A stretch of DNA of 64,000 bases from Octopus sinensis (Eukaryota). Positions 39,915 through 53,572 of this stretch are shown here, piece after piece (position 1 is the stretch's first letter; each line of letters begins with the position of its first letter). The stretch is from NCBI RefSeq assembly GCF_006345805.1, contig NC_043019.1, positions 31,867,360-31,931,359 on the forward strand, in the 5' to 3' direction. The position numbers and the translations under genes are program-made. The notes under the pieces were generated by a model. The model ran no database searches, was not told the DNA's origin, and worked only from the letters and a program-made list of their open reading frames with translations.

Positions 39915-40943
39915 GTTGACATTGCTGCAACACCTGATGCTATTAGTCTTGTAATGCATAATAAGTCACTGATTTCCTTCTGTTTTCCTTTGTTAGTAGA
40001 TATTTTACCCGAAATATGAACACTTATGAAATTTTGCATACTTTAGCACCCTAAAAAGCTTTCCATCAAACTGTATTTTCGTCTCCCGTAACGCTGAATT
40101 GTTACATGCCTCACTCACTGGACTATGGCCATGCTGGAGGACTGCCTCAAAGGGTTTTAGTCAAATGAATTGAACCTAGTACTTCTTTCTTTTTAAGAAA
40201 AACCTGATACTTATTTTATCAGTTTCATTTGCCAGACTGCTACGTTGTTGGGATGTAAACAGACCAACACTGGTTATCAAGTGGTGGTGAGGTGAGGGTA
40301 ACAAACACAAATACAGATATGCACACACTGTGTATGTCTGCCTGCCAAATTCACTCACGTGGCTTTGGTCAGTTTGGGGCTTTTATAGAAGAGACTAGCA
40401 CAAAGTGGCATACAGTGATACTGAACCAGAAACCACAGGGCCAGGAAGTGAGCTTCTTACCCACACAGCCATGCTTGAGCCTATCATCATCATCATCATC
40501 ATCGTTCAACGTCTGCTTTCCATGCTAGCAAGGGTTGGACGATTTGACTAGGACTGGCGAACCAGATGGCTGCACCAGGCTCCAATCTTGATTTGGCCGA
40601 GTTTCTACAGCTGGATGCCCTTCCTAACGCCAACCACTCTGAGAGTGTAGTGGGTGCTTTTACGTGCCACCGGCACGAGGGCCAGTCAGGCGGTACTGGC
40701 AACGGTCCCAGAAATCATGTTTTTCTTTTTTTTTTTTACAAATTTACTCGACGTACTTCTCGGCCAAACCCCAGCTGGTCACAAAGTGCTATTTGCTATT
40801 CAAAGCTAGACAATATTCTCATGGTGGAGCCAGCATTTCACATATATATATATACATATATATTCAAATTTTTATAAAAAACTAGATATAGGAATGCTTA
40901 CTGTATATCTGCCTTATGATTTGGTCTGCTTCTTTTGTTGTTG

Positions 40944-40982
<39 letters not shown>

Positions 40983-41588
40983 TAAATATTTTTCTGCAAA
41001 TGAACTATTAGTTGCCATTCATCAAAAAGTGCTGGCATCTCCAGGATGCTGCAAACATGGAAATTGTTATTAGTACATTTTTCATTGCCCTTGCCACAAC
41101 CAATACATCATGCATAAAAGCCACGCGGTTCCATTATACGCAAGAAGGAGAAAGCGAAGACCGATTCTAAATTGCCTATGAAAAGTATACTACCTTTATC
41201 TAGAGATAATGACAAGGTGAAGAACTAATAATAATATTCATAATAATAATAATAATAATAATAATAATATTAATAATGATAATCCATAATTATGATGATG
41301 GTGTTGGAGGTGGTGGTGTTGGTGGGGAGGGGTGATGGTGTTGGTGGGGATTGCGATTCAAAGTACTTCATCTTTGTCATGTGCCAACAAGAATTATGGG
41401 AAATTAAATGATTGGTTAGAGTTTAAATGAAACCAAGGAGCAACAGCAACCAAAATAATCTCCTTTTATTCAAACCCATAATTTTTTTTTTTTCAACTGA
41501 AATTAAGTTACACACAAATTCTTTAATTAAGATATATATATAATATATCTATGTGTGTGTGTGTATTTGTATACATACATATTTATAC

Positions 41589-41655
<67 letters not shown>

Positions 41656-41894
41656 ATGTATATATATATATTATATATATATATATGTATATATGTATGT
41701 ATGTATACATGTATGTACATTATATATACATATATATATAAATCTATATATACACACATATATAACATATTTATACATACATATGTGTGTGTGTGTATAC
41801 ATGAATATGTATGTATATTTATATTTTTATATTATGTATGCATGTGTATGTATATGTATAAATATACATATCTCTATCTATCTATCTGTCTGTC

Positions 41895-41925
<31 letters not shown>

Positions 41926-41959
41926 TTATATATACATATATATATATATATATATTATA

Positions 41960-42019
<60 letters not shown>

Positions 42020-42109
42020 GCATAATGCATGCACACACACATATATATATATTACATTATATAATATTTTATCTGTATGTATTTGTGTGTGAGTATATCT
42101 ATCCATCCA

Positions 42110-42169
<60 letters not shown>

Positions 42170-43701
42170 TACATGTGTGTATAAATTATATACTCACACA
42201 TACACACATACTTCATCATCATCATCATCATCATTGTTTAACGTCCGCTTTCCATGCTGGCATGAGTTAGATGCTTCGACTAACAACCAGCAAGCCAGAT
42301 GGCTGCGCCAGGCTCTCTAACTTGATATATACATATATACAGATGACTCTAGCTACACAGCCATTCACTCACACACACGTGTGTGTGAATGCAAACGTGT
42401 TTATTTGTAAGACCGTAAAAATAGCTTCATTAAAAGTAGAACGAAACAAAACTAAAATTATTATATATATATATATATACTATTTCTTACAATATTTTTT
42501 TCTTTCTATATCCGACTAATAATTTCTGTGAATGGTCGGTCTGGTCCGGTCTTAGCTATTAGGGTCCAGCTATCTTCCTATCCTAAATTGGAAATGTTAC
42601 CCTATGAAGGCAGACATTTTTCTTCCTTTTTTTTCTTTCTTATTTTTGTTATTGTTATTCGTTTATTAAATTATCCTGTTTTTAGGTAAAAAGATATGGA
42701 TGGTTGCTTTAACTAATGATGGCTTAATCTCAGATCGTTTATGTATTTTTTTCAATTATGCTTTTTTCTTAATTTTTTTATTTATTTATTCATTCATTCA
42801 TTTATTTATTTAATTATTTGCTTTTGTTTGTTTTTGTTTTTGTTTGTGTGTGTGTGTGTGTGTGTTTTTTTTTTTTGTTTTTTTCATTAGCAAAGTGGAA
42901 CAGCGAGCTTGTGTGTGGTTAATAAAGTAATAGAGCTTAAAAACACGCATGTGGAACGTGCATAAAGAAATACACACGCATACACACATACACACACACA
43001 CATACACACACACATACACACACACATACACACACACATACACACACACACATACACACACAAATACACACACATACACACACACGTACACACACACCCA
43101 CATACAACAACACACCACATACACACACATACACAAATACACACACACCATACACACACCACGTACACACACACCCACATACACATACACACACACATAC
43201 ACACACATACACACATACACACACACACATACACACACACATACACACACATACACACACATACACACACACATACATACACACACATACACACACACAC
43301 ACATACACACATACACACATACACACATACACACACACATACACACACACACATACACACACACAAACACTAATGTACACGCCAAGAAACAAACAGACAA
43401 AAACATACAAAAGAAACCCCCTCCCCCCCGATGCATTCAGATAGGCCCGACAATTTTTGGTTGGTTAATTTGATTATGAAGCTAAAATAACTGCGAGATA
43501 ATTTAGTTATTTCCAAGTTATTTAGTTATTTTCCTATACAGATTACACTCTCTCACCGCCCCCCCCCCCCCCCCCACACACCATATATACACACACACCC
43601 ACACATCAAAATATACATGCAAGTACGTACATATGCATGCAAGTGCGTGAATAATATCATTTGAATTATCAACTTTTCCCTTGCCATCATTCCTCTGATT
43701 A

Positions 43702-43758
<57 letters not shown>

Positions 43759-44185
43759 CCTACTCATACTCTCTCTCTCTCTGACCATTTCTGCTTTGTC
43801 TTTTGTTCAGCTCTCTCACTTGCTCTCCCTCTCTCTCTCTCTCTTGCTCTCTCTCTCTCTCCCTCTCTCTCGCTCTCTCTCGCTCTCTCTCTCACACACA
43901 CACACTCCTTAATGCAGTACAATCAGACAATTAATCATTTATTGGCCATGAAAATTCTGATTTTTCTAAGCAGCCAGCAGAGTTGGAGCCAGTGAAAAGT
44001 TGTTATTTCTAATTTAGCTGTTGTTGCCTTTCCGACATAGCTAAAAATGTCACCAATACAGTTGTTTGTCTGTTATTGGTGTAGAAAATAATATTTGTTT
44101 CAAGTGCCAAGGCACCTAATGCAAATATATGTACTGGCAAATATATATACTGTCGGTTTAGGGCCTTTAACCATTTAGTGTTTAA

Positions 44186-44394
44186 CCCTTTCAATACCAA
44201 CCCGGCTGAAACAACCTCTAGCTCTGAGTACAAATGTCTTGTTTTCATAAGTTCTGAATTAAAATCTTCCACCAAACCTTAGTCACAATTTATATTCCTA
44301 ACACCAACTTAATGATAAGTTATTTTACTAAATTCTTTTGAAATTAATTGAAAGAAACACAGAGCATCTCAACAGAAATATGGTAACAAAAGGG
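44186..44394. mobile_element. piggyBac-type MITE
   Basis: TTAA|CCCTTT...AAAGGG|TTAA. A homologous copy lies at 44548-44769. Confidence 0.8.
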
Positions 44395-44547
44395 TTAATG
44401 ATGAAGTAATATCAATGTTGTGTAAGTTTAAGAGGACATCAGTTCATAATGAAATTTCTTTAGAGTCACTTGACTGCTAAAAATAGCAGCCAAATTTTTT
44501 GTAAACATTCTTGGCAATCATTAACTCTCTACCAGAGAACTATTTAA

Positions 44548-44769
44548 CCCTTTCAATACCAACCCGGCTGAAACCACATCTGGTTCTTTAGTACAAATGT
44601 CTTGTTTTCATAAGTTTTGAATTAAAATCTTCCACCAAACCTTAGTCACAATTTATGTTCCTAACACTAGCTTAATGATAACTAAGTTATTTTACTAAAT
44701 TCTTTGTTATATTTAAAATTAAATGAAAGAAATACAGAGCATGTCAAAATAAATACAATAACGAAAGGG
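44548..44769. mobile_element. piggyBac-type MITE
   Basis: TTAA|CCCTTTC...GAAAGGG|TTAA. Confidence 0.8.
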
Positions 44770-45323
44770 TTAAACCAGCTATATCTGGCCCAAATATTCT
44801 ACCAGTATTATATTCTAATCAGCCATATCTGGTCTGTCACACCTATCCTACAATGTCATTCTAAATATAGAGTGCCTGTGTGGTAACAAGCTTGCTTCCC
44901 AACCACACTATTCTGGATCTAATCCCACTGTGTGACATCTTGGGCAAGTGTCTTCTGCTATAGCCTTGGGCCAACCAAAGCCTTGTGAGTGGTTTTGGTA
45001 GACAGAAACTAAAAGAAGTCATATATATATATAGTGGAAGACACTTGCTCAAGGTGCCACACAGTGGGACTGAACCCAGAACCATTTGGTTGGTAAGCAA
45101 GCTACTTACCACACCGCCATTCCTTCCCCCCTCTATCACTTGCCAACCAATGTTGGTGTGTTTACATCCCCGTAACTTAGCGGTTCGGCAACAGAGACCG
45201 AAAGAATAAGTACTAAGCTTACAAAGAATAAGTCGTGGGGTTCATTTGTTCGATTAAAGGTGGTGCTCCAGCATAGCCACAGTCAAATGACTGAAGCAGG
45301 TAAAAGAATTAGAGAATATAGTG

Positions 45324-45361
<38 letters not shown>

Positions 45362-45410
45362 GGTAATAATATTTTAAAATGATTCCCATAACTCCTCACA
45401 AAGGTAAATA

Positions 45411-45676
45411 GACAATACAAAGCGCACAATGGTTTGAACAATATTTCGACAGCTTGCCTGTCTTTGTCTTTGTTGAGTTCAAAAACGAAAAGTGATACTT
45501 AGAAATTCAAAATCACAGAAATCCAGATTGAAGCATTTTTGAATTTGAAATTTTGTAATTTTGAGTATCTCTGTATCACTTTTCATTTTGAACTCGACAG
45601 CGACAGACAAGCTGTCGAAATATTGTTCAAACCAATAAAATACCTATTGCAAATACATCGCGCTCTTTGTATTGTC
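45411..45676. mobile_element. TA-flanked MITE with long segmented inverted repeats
   Basis: ta|gacaatacaaag...ctttgtattgtc|ta. Inner arms ggtttgaacaatatttcgacagcttg / caagctgtcgaaatattgttcaaacc and gagttcaaaa..aaaagtgatac / gtatcacttttc.ttttgaactc. Confidence 0.8.
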
Positions 45677-45905
45677 TAATAATAATAATAATCCATGGAT
45701 TGAATCTGTAATTATTATTATTATGATTATCATTACTATATTTATCCTACATTATATCGGCACAGCTTGGTGCAACACCAAAAAACTGGTATAGGTAGTT
45801 GGTATTACTAGGCTGTAACCGACATGATAAAGTAGGACCTTTTACATGTATATTTAAAAACATTTCCCATAAATGAACTTAAAGGATACATACATACATA
45901 CATGC

Positions 45906-45939
<34 letters not shown>

Positions 45940-45961
45940 TGTGTGTGTGTGTGTGTTGTGT

Positions 45962-46270
45962 GGAGGCGCAATGGCCCAATGGTTAGGGTAGCGGGTTCGC
46001 GGTCAGAGGATCGCGGTTTCGATTCCTAGACCGGGCATTGTGTGTGTTTATTGAATGAAAATACCTAAAGCTCCACGAGGCTCCTTAAGGGGTGGTGGCG
46101 ACCCCTTCTGTTCTCTTTCGCCCCAACTTTCTCCCACTCTTTCTTCCTGTTTCTTGAGTAACGCTGTGATGGACTGGCGTCCTGTCCAGCTGGGTGGAAC
46201 ACATATGCCATAGAAACCAGGAAACCGGGCCTATGAGCCTGGCTAGGCTTGAAAAGGGCACATAAATAAA
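45962..46270 (+). mobile_element. tRNA-derived SINE with a V-domain-like segment
   Basis: Box A/B-like head (tggcccaatggttagg...ggtttcgattcc), segment gatggactggcgtcctgtccag, A-rich tail. A 5' part recurs at 57574-57731(-). Confidence 0.7.
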
Positions 46271-46812
46271 TATATAAATATTGATAGATAGATAGACAGA
46301 CACACAGACAGACAGATACATAGATAGATAGCTATGTACACCCACACATATTTGACACGCTTCCTAGTATTTTGGTTTAATAATTTCATTCACAATGCAT
46401 TCCTTACTTCAGGTTTATAAAAGATGGGACTGAACCAAAAAGCACATGGTAGTAAAGTGAACTTCTAAGGGTTCCTTAAAGAAGAATATTTTAATTGGAC
46501 AGTTAGATTGGACTAATAAAGATGTATTGTGTTCAACATGTCTACATCGTTTATATATATATATATATGTATATGCATAAATAGAGTTAGCAGTTGTAGT
46601 AACTGACAAACGGATATTTTATCCGTATATACTATCAGTATCCATTACCTGTGTTAATCCCAGGCAATGGTGTTCAGGGACACCATGCATGTCAAATGCA
46701 GGTAACAACAGAATAAACAAAAGTTTATCAGGAACCAATGCAAATAATTAGAAAATGGAGAAAAATTTTCTTCTCCATTTTCTAATTATTTGCATTATAT
46801 ATATATATATAT

Positions 46813-47202
46813 AGGCGCAGGAGTGGCTGTATGGTAAGTAGCTTGCTAACCAACCACATGGTTCCGGGTTCAGTCCCACTGCATGGCATCTTGGGCAAGT
46901 GTCTTCTGCTATAGCCTCGGGCCGACCAATGCCTTGTGAGTGGATTTGGTAGCCGGAAACTGAAAGAAGCCTGTCGTATATATGTATATATATATGTGTG
47001 TGTGTCTGTGTTTGTCCCCCTAGCATTGCTTGACAACCGATGATGGTGTGTTTACGTACCCATCACTTAGCGGTTCGGCAAAAAGAAACCGATAGAATAA
47101 GTACTGGGCTTACAAAGAATAAGTCCCGGGGTCGATTTGCTCGACTAAAGGCGGTGCTCCAGCATGGCCGCAGTCAAATGACTGAAACAAGTAAAAGAAA
47201 AG
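46813..47202 (+). mobile_element. tRNA-derived CORE-type SINE family S1 with an internal (TA/TG)n tract, full-length representative
   Basis: Head tggctgtatggtaag...ggttcagtccc, CORE-like tcttgggcaagtgtctt, tail ...actgaaacaagtaaaag. Other copies at about 3672-4034, 5710-6106(-), 6474-6870(-), 31411-31800, 40115-40475(-), 44876-45318, 48278-48651(-), 60211-60580(-) and 63394-64000(-, interrupted). Confidence 0.85.
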
Positions 47203-48059
47203 TATATATATAAAGCTGAGTTTGTTGGGATATATTATCCAGACAGATACTGTATTAGTTCTCAGTTAATAGCTAATCACAAAGGTCAGTATCTGACAAC
47301 TGTGATGACATTTAGTCGTTAGTTATTCCATGAGTTCTTCCAATACAAATTTTCTTCAATCAGTTCACTTTGAGGATGATCAAAGAGATGGACCCTGATG
47401 AAGCTTCACCTACAATACTGCAAGGTTGCATTTGAAACAGTGAGTAGTCTCGGCAGGGGAAACATGTGTAGGTCATAATAATATGCTGTTTATAACTATA
47501 AAATAAATTTTGTGGATGTACAAGTCTCCATACTCCAAGCCGATTGAAATCGTAGTCATAGCTGATGCTAATGTCATGTAACTGCCACCCATGCTGGTGG
47601 CACGTAAAGAGCACCTTTCAAGCATTAGGCCTCACGGAAGCAAAGCGGCTGAGTTCCTTTCAAGCATTGGGCTTCACAGAGGCAAAGTGGTTGAGTTCCT
47701 TTCGAGTGTTGGGCCTCACAGAGGCAAAGTGACTGAGTTCCTTCTGAATGTTAGGCCTCATAGAGGCAATGACCGAGACCTTTGGCATTATGTTGTGCTT
47801 GAGGAGATCTATCAAGCCAAGTGAAATCGTAGTCATAGCAGATACTAGTGTCACGCAAATGGTGCCTATGCCAGTGGCACATAAAAGCACCCATTACACT
47901 CTCAGAGGGTTGGCATTAGGAAGGGCATCCAGCCATAGAAAACGATGCCTAATCAGACTGGAGTATGGTGCAGCCTTCCAGCTTACTAGCCTTAGTCTAA
48001 CCATCCAATCCATGCCATCATGAACAACAGACTTTAAATAATGATGATGACAATAATTA

Positions 48060-48094
<35 letters not shown>

Positions 48095-48823
48095 TAGGTA
48101 GGTAGATAGATAGATAGATTTGTGTGCTTTTCTGTGTGTTTGCCCCACCATTAATGCTTGATACTCAATGTTGATTTATTCAACTAAAATCCTTCAGAGT
48201 GGTGCCACAGCATGGCCACAGTGCAATGATTGAGACAGGTAAAGGATATGCTCCTCCTTATCTTTTATCTTATACCTGTGGCCATGCTGGGGCACCACCT
48301 TGAAGGGCTTTAGTTGAACAAATCAACCCCAGGACTTACTATTATTATTTTTTAAACCTGGTGTTTATTCCATCATTATCTTTTGCCAAACTACTAAGCT
48401 GCTGGGATGTAAACACAACAACACTGGTTGTCAAGCGATGTCAAGGGACAAACACACACACACACACACACACATACACATGTAAACATGTGATGGGCTT
48501 CTTTCAGTTTCTATCTGACAAATCCACTCGCAAAGCTTTGGTCGGCAAGAAGCTATTATAGAAGACACTTGCCCAAGGTGCCATGCAATGGGACTGAAAC
48601 CTCAAACCATATGATTAGGAAGTCATCTTCTTACCACACAGCCATGCTTGCACCTTCTCTTTAAAATCATTTGTAATAATTTTTGAAAAAAATAACAAAG
48701 GCAAACAGCAAAGGACAGAAATAGCCTGGAGAAGGTATCCTGACAACAATTAAACCAAAATAAGAAAAGAATAATAAGGTTACACCTTGTAGCTAATTCA
48801 ATATGCATTTGATTCTTGGATTG

Positions 48824-49197
48824 TTACCTTTGCCTCAGAGAATATGGAGGTATTGTTTTCAGTTGTATTTGTTTGTTGGTTGGTTTGTCCATGGACAAGA
48901 TATCTCAAGAACCACAGAATGGATTTGGATGAAACTTTCAGGGATGTTTGTCCTCATAACTGGCACAAACTGATTAGATTTTGGGATCAATCCGTTTCCA
49001 GACAATGATTCTGGATTATTTTTCCTGTTGTATTACATCATTTTCGAGAATGGTCAGGTTCCTTTTTAGTACTCTCATTTGTGAGAGCAGTCAATTTTAT
49101 TTCAGATGTTCTCATTTTAAAAATAACCTCCAGCTAATCGTTGAGAGTACGTTGGTGTTGCCTTGGCAGAGGTTTGTACTCTCTGAGTGCTCTTGTT
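48824..49197 (+). mobile_element. Helentron-associated (HINE/DINE-1-like) non-autonomous element
   Basis: Subterminal inverted repeat ttacctttgcc / ggcagaggt, 3' hairpin gtactc-tct-gagtgc, TT flanks, and a (TTTG/TTGG)n tract near the 5' end. Confidence 0.55.
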
Positions 49198-49570
49198 TCA
49201 TCATGAATTCTGTTGCTTTCATGGCTAAAAGAATCCTTCTTAATTTTCTCTGTTTTTATATTATTGTTTCATTATTGTATTTTGTATTTCTATCCTTACA
49301 AATGTTGTCATTATTATTTTTATTATTAATGTAGTTACTAGGGTGACAATCTGGCAGAATCATTAGCACACCAGGGAAAATGCTTAGCAGTATTTCATCT
49401 GTCATAATGTTCTGAGTTCAAATTCTGCCAAGGTTGACTTTACCTTTCATCCTTTCTTGGTCAATTAATTAAGTACCAGTTGAACACAGGGGTCAGTATA
49501 AACGACTCATCCCATCTCCCTAACCTGCTGCCCTTGTGGCAAAATTTGAAACCATTATTATTATTATTAT

Positions 49571-49607
<37 letters not shown>

Positions 49608-50808
49608 CAGTAGTAGTAGTAAAAATTAAAAAAACTGACAATAACTTTACATTCTGATTCAGTAACTTATTTTACACACACACACACATGCTTATATAAC
49701 ATTTATTCATACATACATACATACATGTATATATAAATACATACACCTACACACACACACACACACACACATGCTTACAGACATATACTCACATGTGCAC
49801 ACACACATGTACATACATACGCACGCTCACTCATAGATCTTGCATTTTCGCTTCAAGGCTTTTGATGGAATATCTTAAATTGCCTATTTGATCTAGGATG
49901 GTATCAAATTCATTTCAAAATGCCACTCAGGCTGAAATCAATAACCCCTTCGTTTGTCTTCTCTGACACCTGTTGGGGAAAAAAAATAACATATATATAT
50001 ACATATATACATCTGTTTTATGAGAGGCTAAATACTAAACTAACGATGACCAATATTCTTCTATTTATTCCTTTCACTTTACTTTTGTTCGTTTGATTTA
50101 ATTTCATTACATTTCGATAGTTATCATTTTGCATTTGCTCATAACCACAACATATATACACAGACATATGCACTCACATACACTACATATAAATATATAT
50201 ACAAACATATCATATATAATATATATATTTATGTAAATATATATAAGTATATATATAAATATATATATATATGTATATATATATATAATATATATATATA
50301 TTATATTTATATATATGTATATGTATATCTTTACATATATGTTTGTGTGTATATATAACATGTGTATATATATATAACACATATTCACACACACATATAT
50401 ATGTATGGGTGTATGAATATATAAATGTATACATGTGTGTGTGTATATATATATATATATATAATATGGGTGTATAATGTATATATATTTGTGTGTGTAT
50501 ATACATACGTATTTATCATGAAAGATATATAAGAGATATGTATATATGATAAAATATATATTTACTTATTGCTTATCAAACAGGGCAGTTTACGTTTGCT
50601 AAACTTACAAAAAATATATAACAAAAAATCTGATATTTTTTTTTAAAATCGTACTTGCATTTTCAGTAAAATATATATATATACACATTCATACGTAAAC
50701 TGACATAAAAAAACACACAAACAGCATAAAAAATGGTGTGTATGATGATGATGACAATAATGGTGATGATGTATATTTGTATGAACTATGTATATATATA
50801 TATAGAAA

Positions 50809-50853
<45 letters not shown>

Positions 50854-51340
50854 ATGAGTGTCTATGCATGCATGTATACATACATGCACACAAACAGAAA
50901 CATGCTCATATTTACACACACACACATACATATATGGGTATACAGATATACATATGCATATATACATACCCATATACATGCATATCATGCACATACACAT
51001 ATATAAAATACGTGTAAGTATATGTATATTATGTACATATGGGTATACATGTTTGTGTGTGTGTGTGTGAGTGTGTGCGTGTGTGATTCTCAGAAAAAAA
51101 AAACTAATCATCCAGATTGCTATTTCAGATATTCATTCCATTCGGACCACTTATCTGTGTAAATCATGACAATTCAATTACGCGTTGAATTGGAGAGCCT
51201 TATGCATGCATGTGTGTGCATGCATATCTACATCTGTATTCATACATGCATATACATACATACATACATACATATATATAAACATATATCCATGTATATA
51301 TGTATATGTTTGTATGTATATATATATAGAGAGAGAGTAG

Positions 51341-51412
<72 letters not shown>

Positions 51413-51428
51413 TATATATACACACACA

Positions 51429-51528
51429 NNNNNNNNNNNNNNNNNNNNNNNNNNNNNNNNNNNNNNNNNNNNNNNNNNNNNNNNNNNNNNNNNNNNNNNN
51501 NNNNNNNNNNNNNNNNNNNNNNNNNNNN
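51429..51528. other. Assembly gap (100 N)
   Basis: Run of 100 N. True length is unknown, so the two sides may not be contiguous. Confidence 0.99.
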
Positions 51529-51985
51529 CATTGGAATTGTTTTTTGGTTGGGGTTTTTTTAAAATTTTATTTTATTTTATTTTATTTTCAATGTTTGTTT
51601 GTTTTTTTTCGGTTTTCATTTGAAGTTTGTGTTTTGTTTCAAAGACCAAAATCCTCGTTTGTAATATCCAGCTTAAGTCATGCTTATTAAACTAGACTTG
51701 TGTGGGTGCATATACATTATTGTTATCATATATGTGTGTATGTGTTTATATATATATGTATATATATGCATGCACACTTATTTTTTTGTTCATACATACA
51801 CACACACACATTTGTACACTTCTATTTAAACTTTTGTGTGTGTCTGTGGGTATACATATGTCTACATAGATATGTGTATACACTTTAAATATTTGTATAT
51901 ATAAAATATTTACATATGTGTGCTTATATATATATATATATATATAATATATATATATCTATATATATATATATATATATATATA

Positions 51986-52288
51986 GGGAAGCTTTATGAA
52001 AGTAGACAAAAGAGAAGGCAGGTGGAAAACAAACAAACAATTGTATTAGTATGGCGCTCAGGAAATATAAATAAAACAAGTCTTTAACGTTTCGAGCCTA
52101 CGCTCTTCAACAGAAAGATACACAGAGAAAAAAAACACAGAAAGAAGGAGAGAAAAAAATATGCGTGCAGTAACTAATGAATCAACATGGCGATCTGATT
52201 TCGGCCAGAAGTCAAAGATCAAACGTGAGCCGCGAGAGCGAAATTAGGGGAGATAATAGGGTTGAATGACCTACTTCAACATAAGGGT
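51986..52288 (-). mobile_element. Short HHR-like element, subfamily B (longer copy)
   Basis: HHR-like motif at 52081-52118 (minus): TCTTT-CTGTTGA-A-GAGC(GTAG)GCTC-GAAAC-GTT-AAAGA. Starts at (TA)n. Homologous to 53232-53428. Confidence 0.65.
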
Positions 52289-52714
52289 ATGTGTGTGTGT
52301 GTATGAGAGAGTATTAGTGCGTATGAGAGGTATATATATAATAACAATATAATAAATAAATAAAACATATGCATATATACATACATATATGTACATACTT
52401 ACATCTATATGTATATATACATGCATATATATATATATGAGTACAGGACACCACAAATAAATGTAGAACACAACGAGAAATGAAAACATTAAATCAAAGA
52501 AGGAAACGGACTTTTTTTAACAACGAAAAAACAGAGTACAGGACAAACGATACAAGGAAAATTCCCCTTCATCAGCTGCTCCTGGTTCAACTCATGTTCT
52601 ATATATGTTGCTATTTGCACATCTATATCATCATCATCATCATCATTTAGCGTCCGTTTTCCATGCTAGCATGGGTTGGACGGTTCAACTGGGGTCTGTG
52701 AAGCTGGAAGGCTT

Positions 52715-52755
<41 letters not shown>

Positions 52756-53231
52756 CATACATAGGTGTGTGTGTCTGTGTATACACTTTAAATATGTCTT
52801 ATAAATATATTGACGTATATATTTTAAATATTACACATGACTGTATGTATGGTGTGTGTGTGTGTGTGTGTGTGTTTGTGTATTGTTGACATAAGAACTT
52901 TATAAACTTGAGACAATGTGAAGTAATTCTGTTTTGGAATAGATCGGTTGTAAAACCCAATATTTACTGGTTATTATTTATAGTTCTGTGTGAGTGCTTC
53001 AAGATGCACTATTCCCAAAAAGAATTAGAATATATATATATATACTTGAATATAGATGCAGACATGTTTGTGTGGTAAGAAGCTTGTTTCCCAGCTTCAT
53101 ATTTCAGGTTCAGTCCCTTTGTATGGCACCTTGAGCAAGTGCCTTCTACTGTAGCCATGGGCTGATCAAAACCTTGTGAGTGGATCTGGTAGATGGAAAC
53201 TGAAAGAAGCCTGCCATATATATATATATCT

Positions 53232-53428
53232 AGGGAGAGTTTACGAAAAAAACAAAAGACGAAGACAGGTGGTGTACAAAACAAACAGATGTATTAGTAT
53301 AACGCTCAGGAATAGAAAGTCTTTTACATTTCGAGCCTACGCTCTTCTACAGAAAGGGACACAGAAAAAAACAAAGAAAAACAAGGAAAGAAAAAAATGT
53401 GTGTAGTGGCTAATAATCTATCATGGCG
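53232..53428 (-). mobile_element. Short HHR-like element, subfamily B
   Basis: Motif at 53321-53356 (minus): CTTT-CTGTAGA-A-GAGC(GTAG)GCTC-GAAAT-GTA-AAAG. Inserted in the (TA)n tract of an S1 SINE. Confidence 0.65.
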
Positions 53429-53463
53429 ATATATATATATATATATATATATATCTATCTGTA

Positions 53464-53572
53464 TATCTGTAAAAGTAATATGTGACAATTATTCGGAGGC
53501 AAGATAAAACTCCAAGTTTCGGATGCTGAAACTTGGCTACTGAATAATTGTCACATATTACTTTTACAGATA
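53464..53572. repeat. Small double-hairpin (cruciform-prone) element
   Basis: Outer arms tatctgtaaaagtaatatgtgacaattattc / gaataattgtcacatattacttttacagata (31 bp perfect). Inner hairpin ccaagtttcgg-atg-ctgaaacttgg. Confidence 0.9.

Noticed and set aside
45962-46040. tRNA-like sequences at SINE heads (also 60843, 46813, 57660-57731)
   Set aside because: Box A/B motifs run straight into SINE bodies and no full cloverleaf was found, so they are not tRNA genes.
47600-47780. About four tandem 42-bp units
   Set aside because: Internal expansion of a subunit of the common S3 repeat, not an independent feature.
52440-52600. Minus-strand CTGATGA-AGGGGAATTTTCCTT motif
   Set aside because: No GAAA or stem III follows the hairpin, so it is not callable as an HHR.
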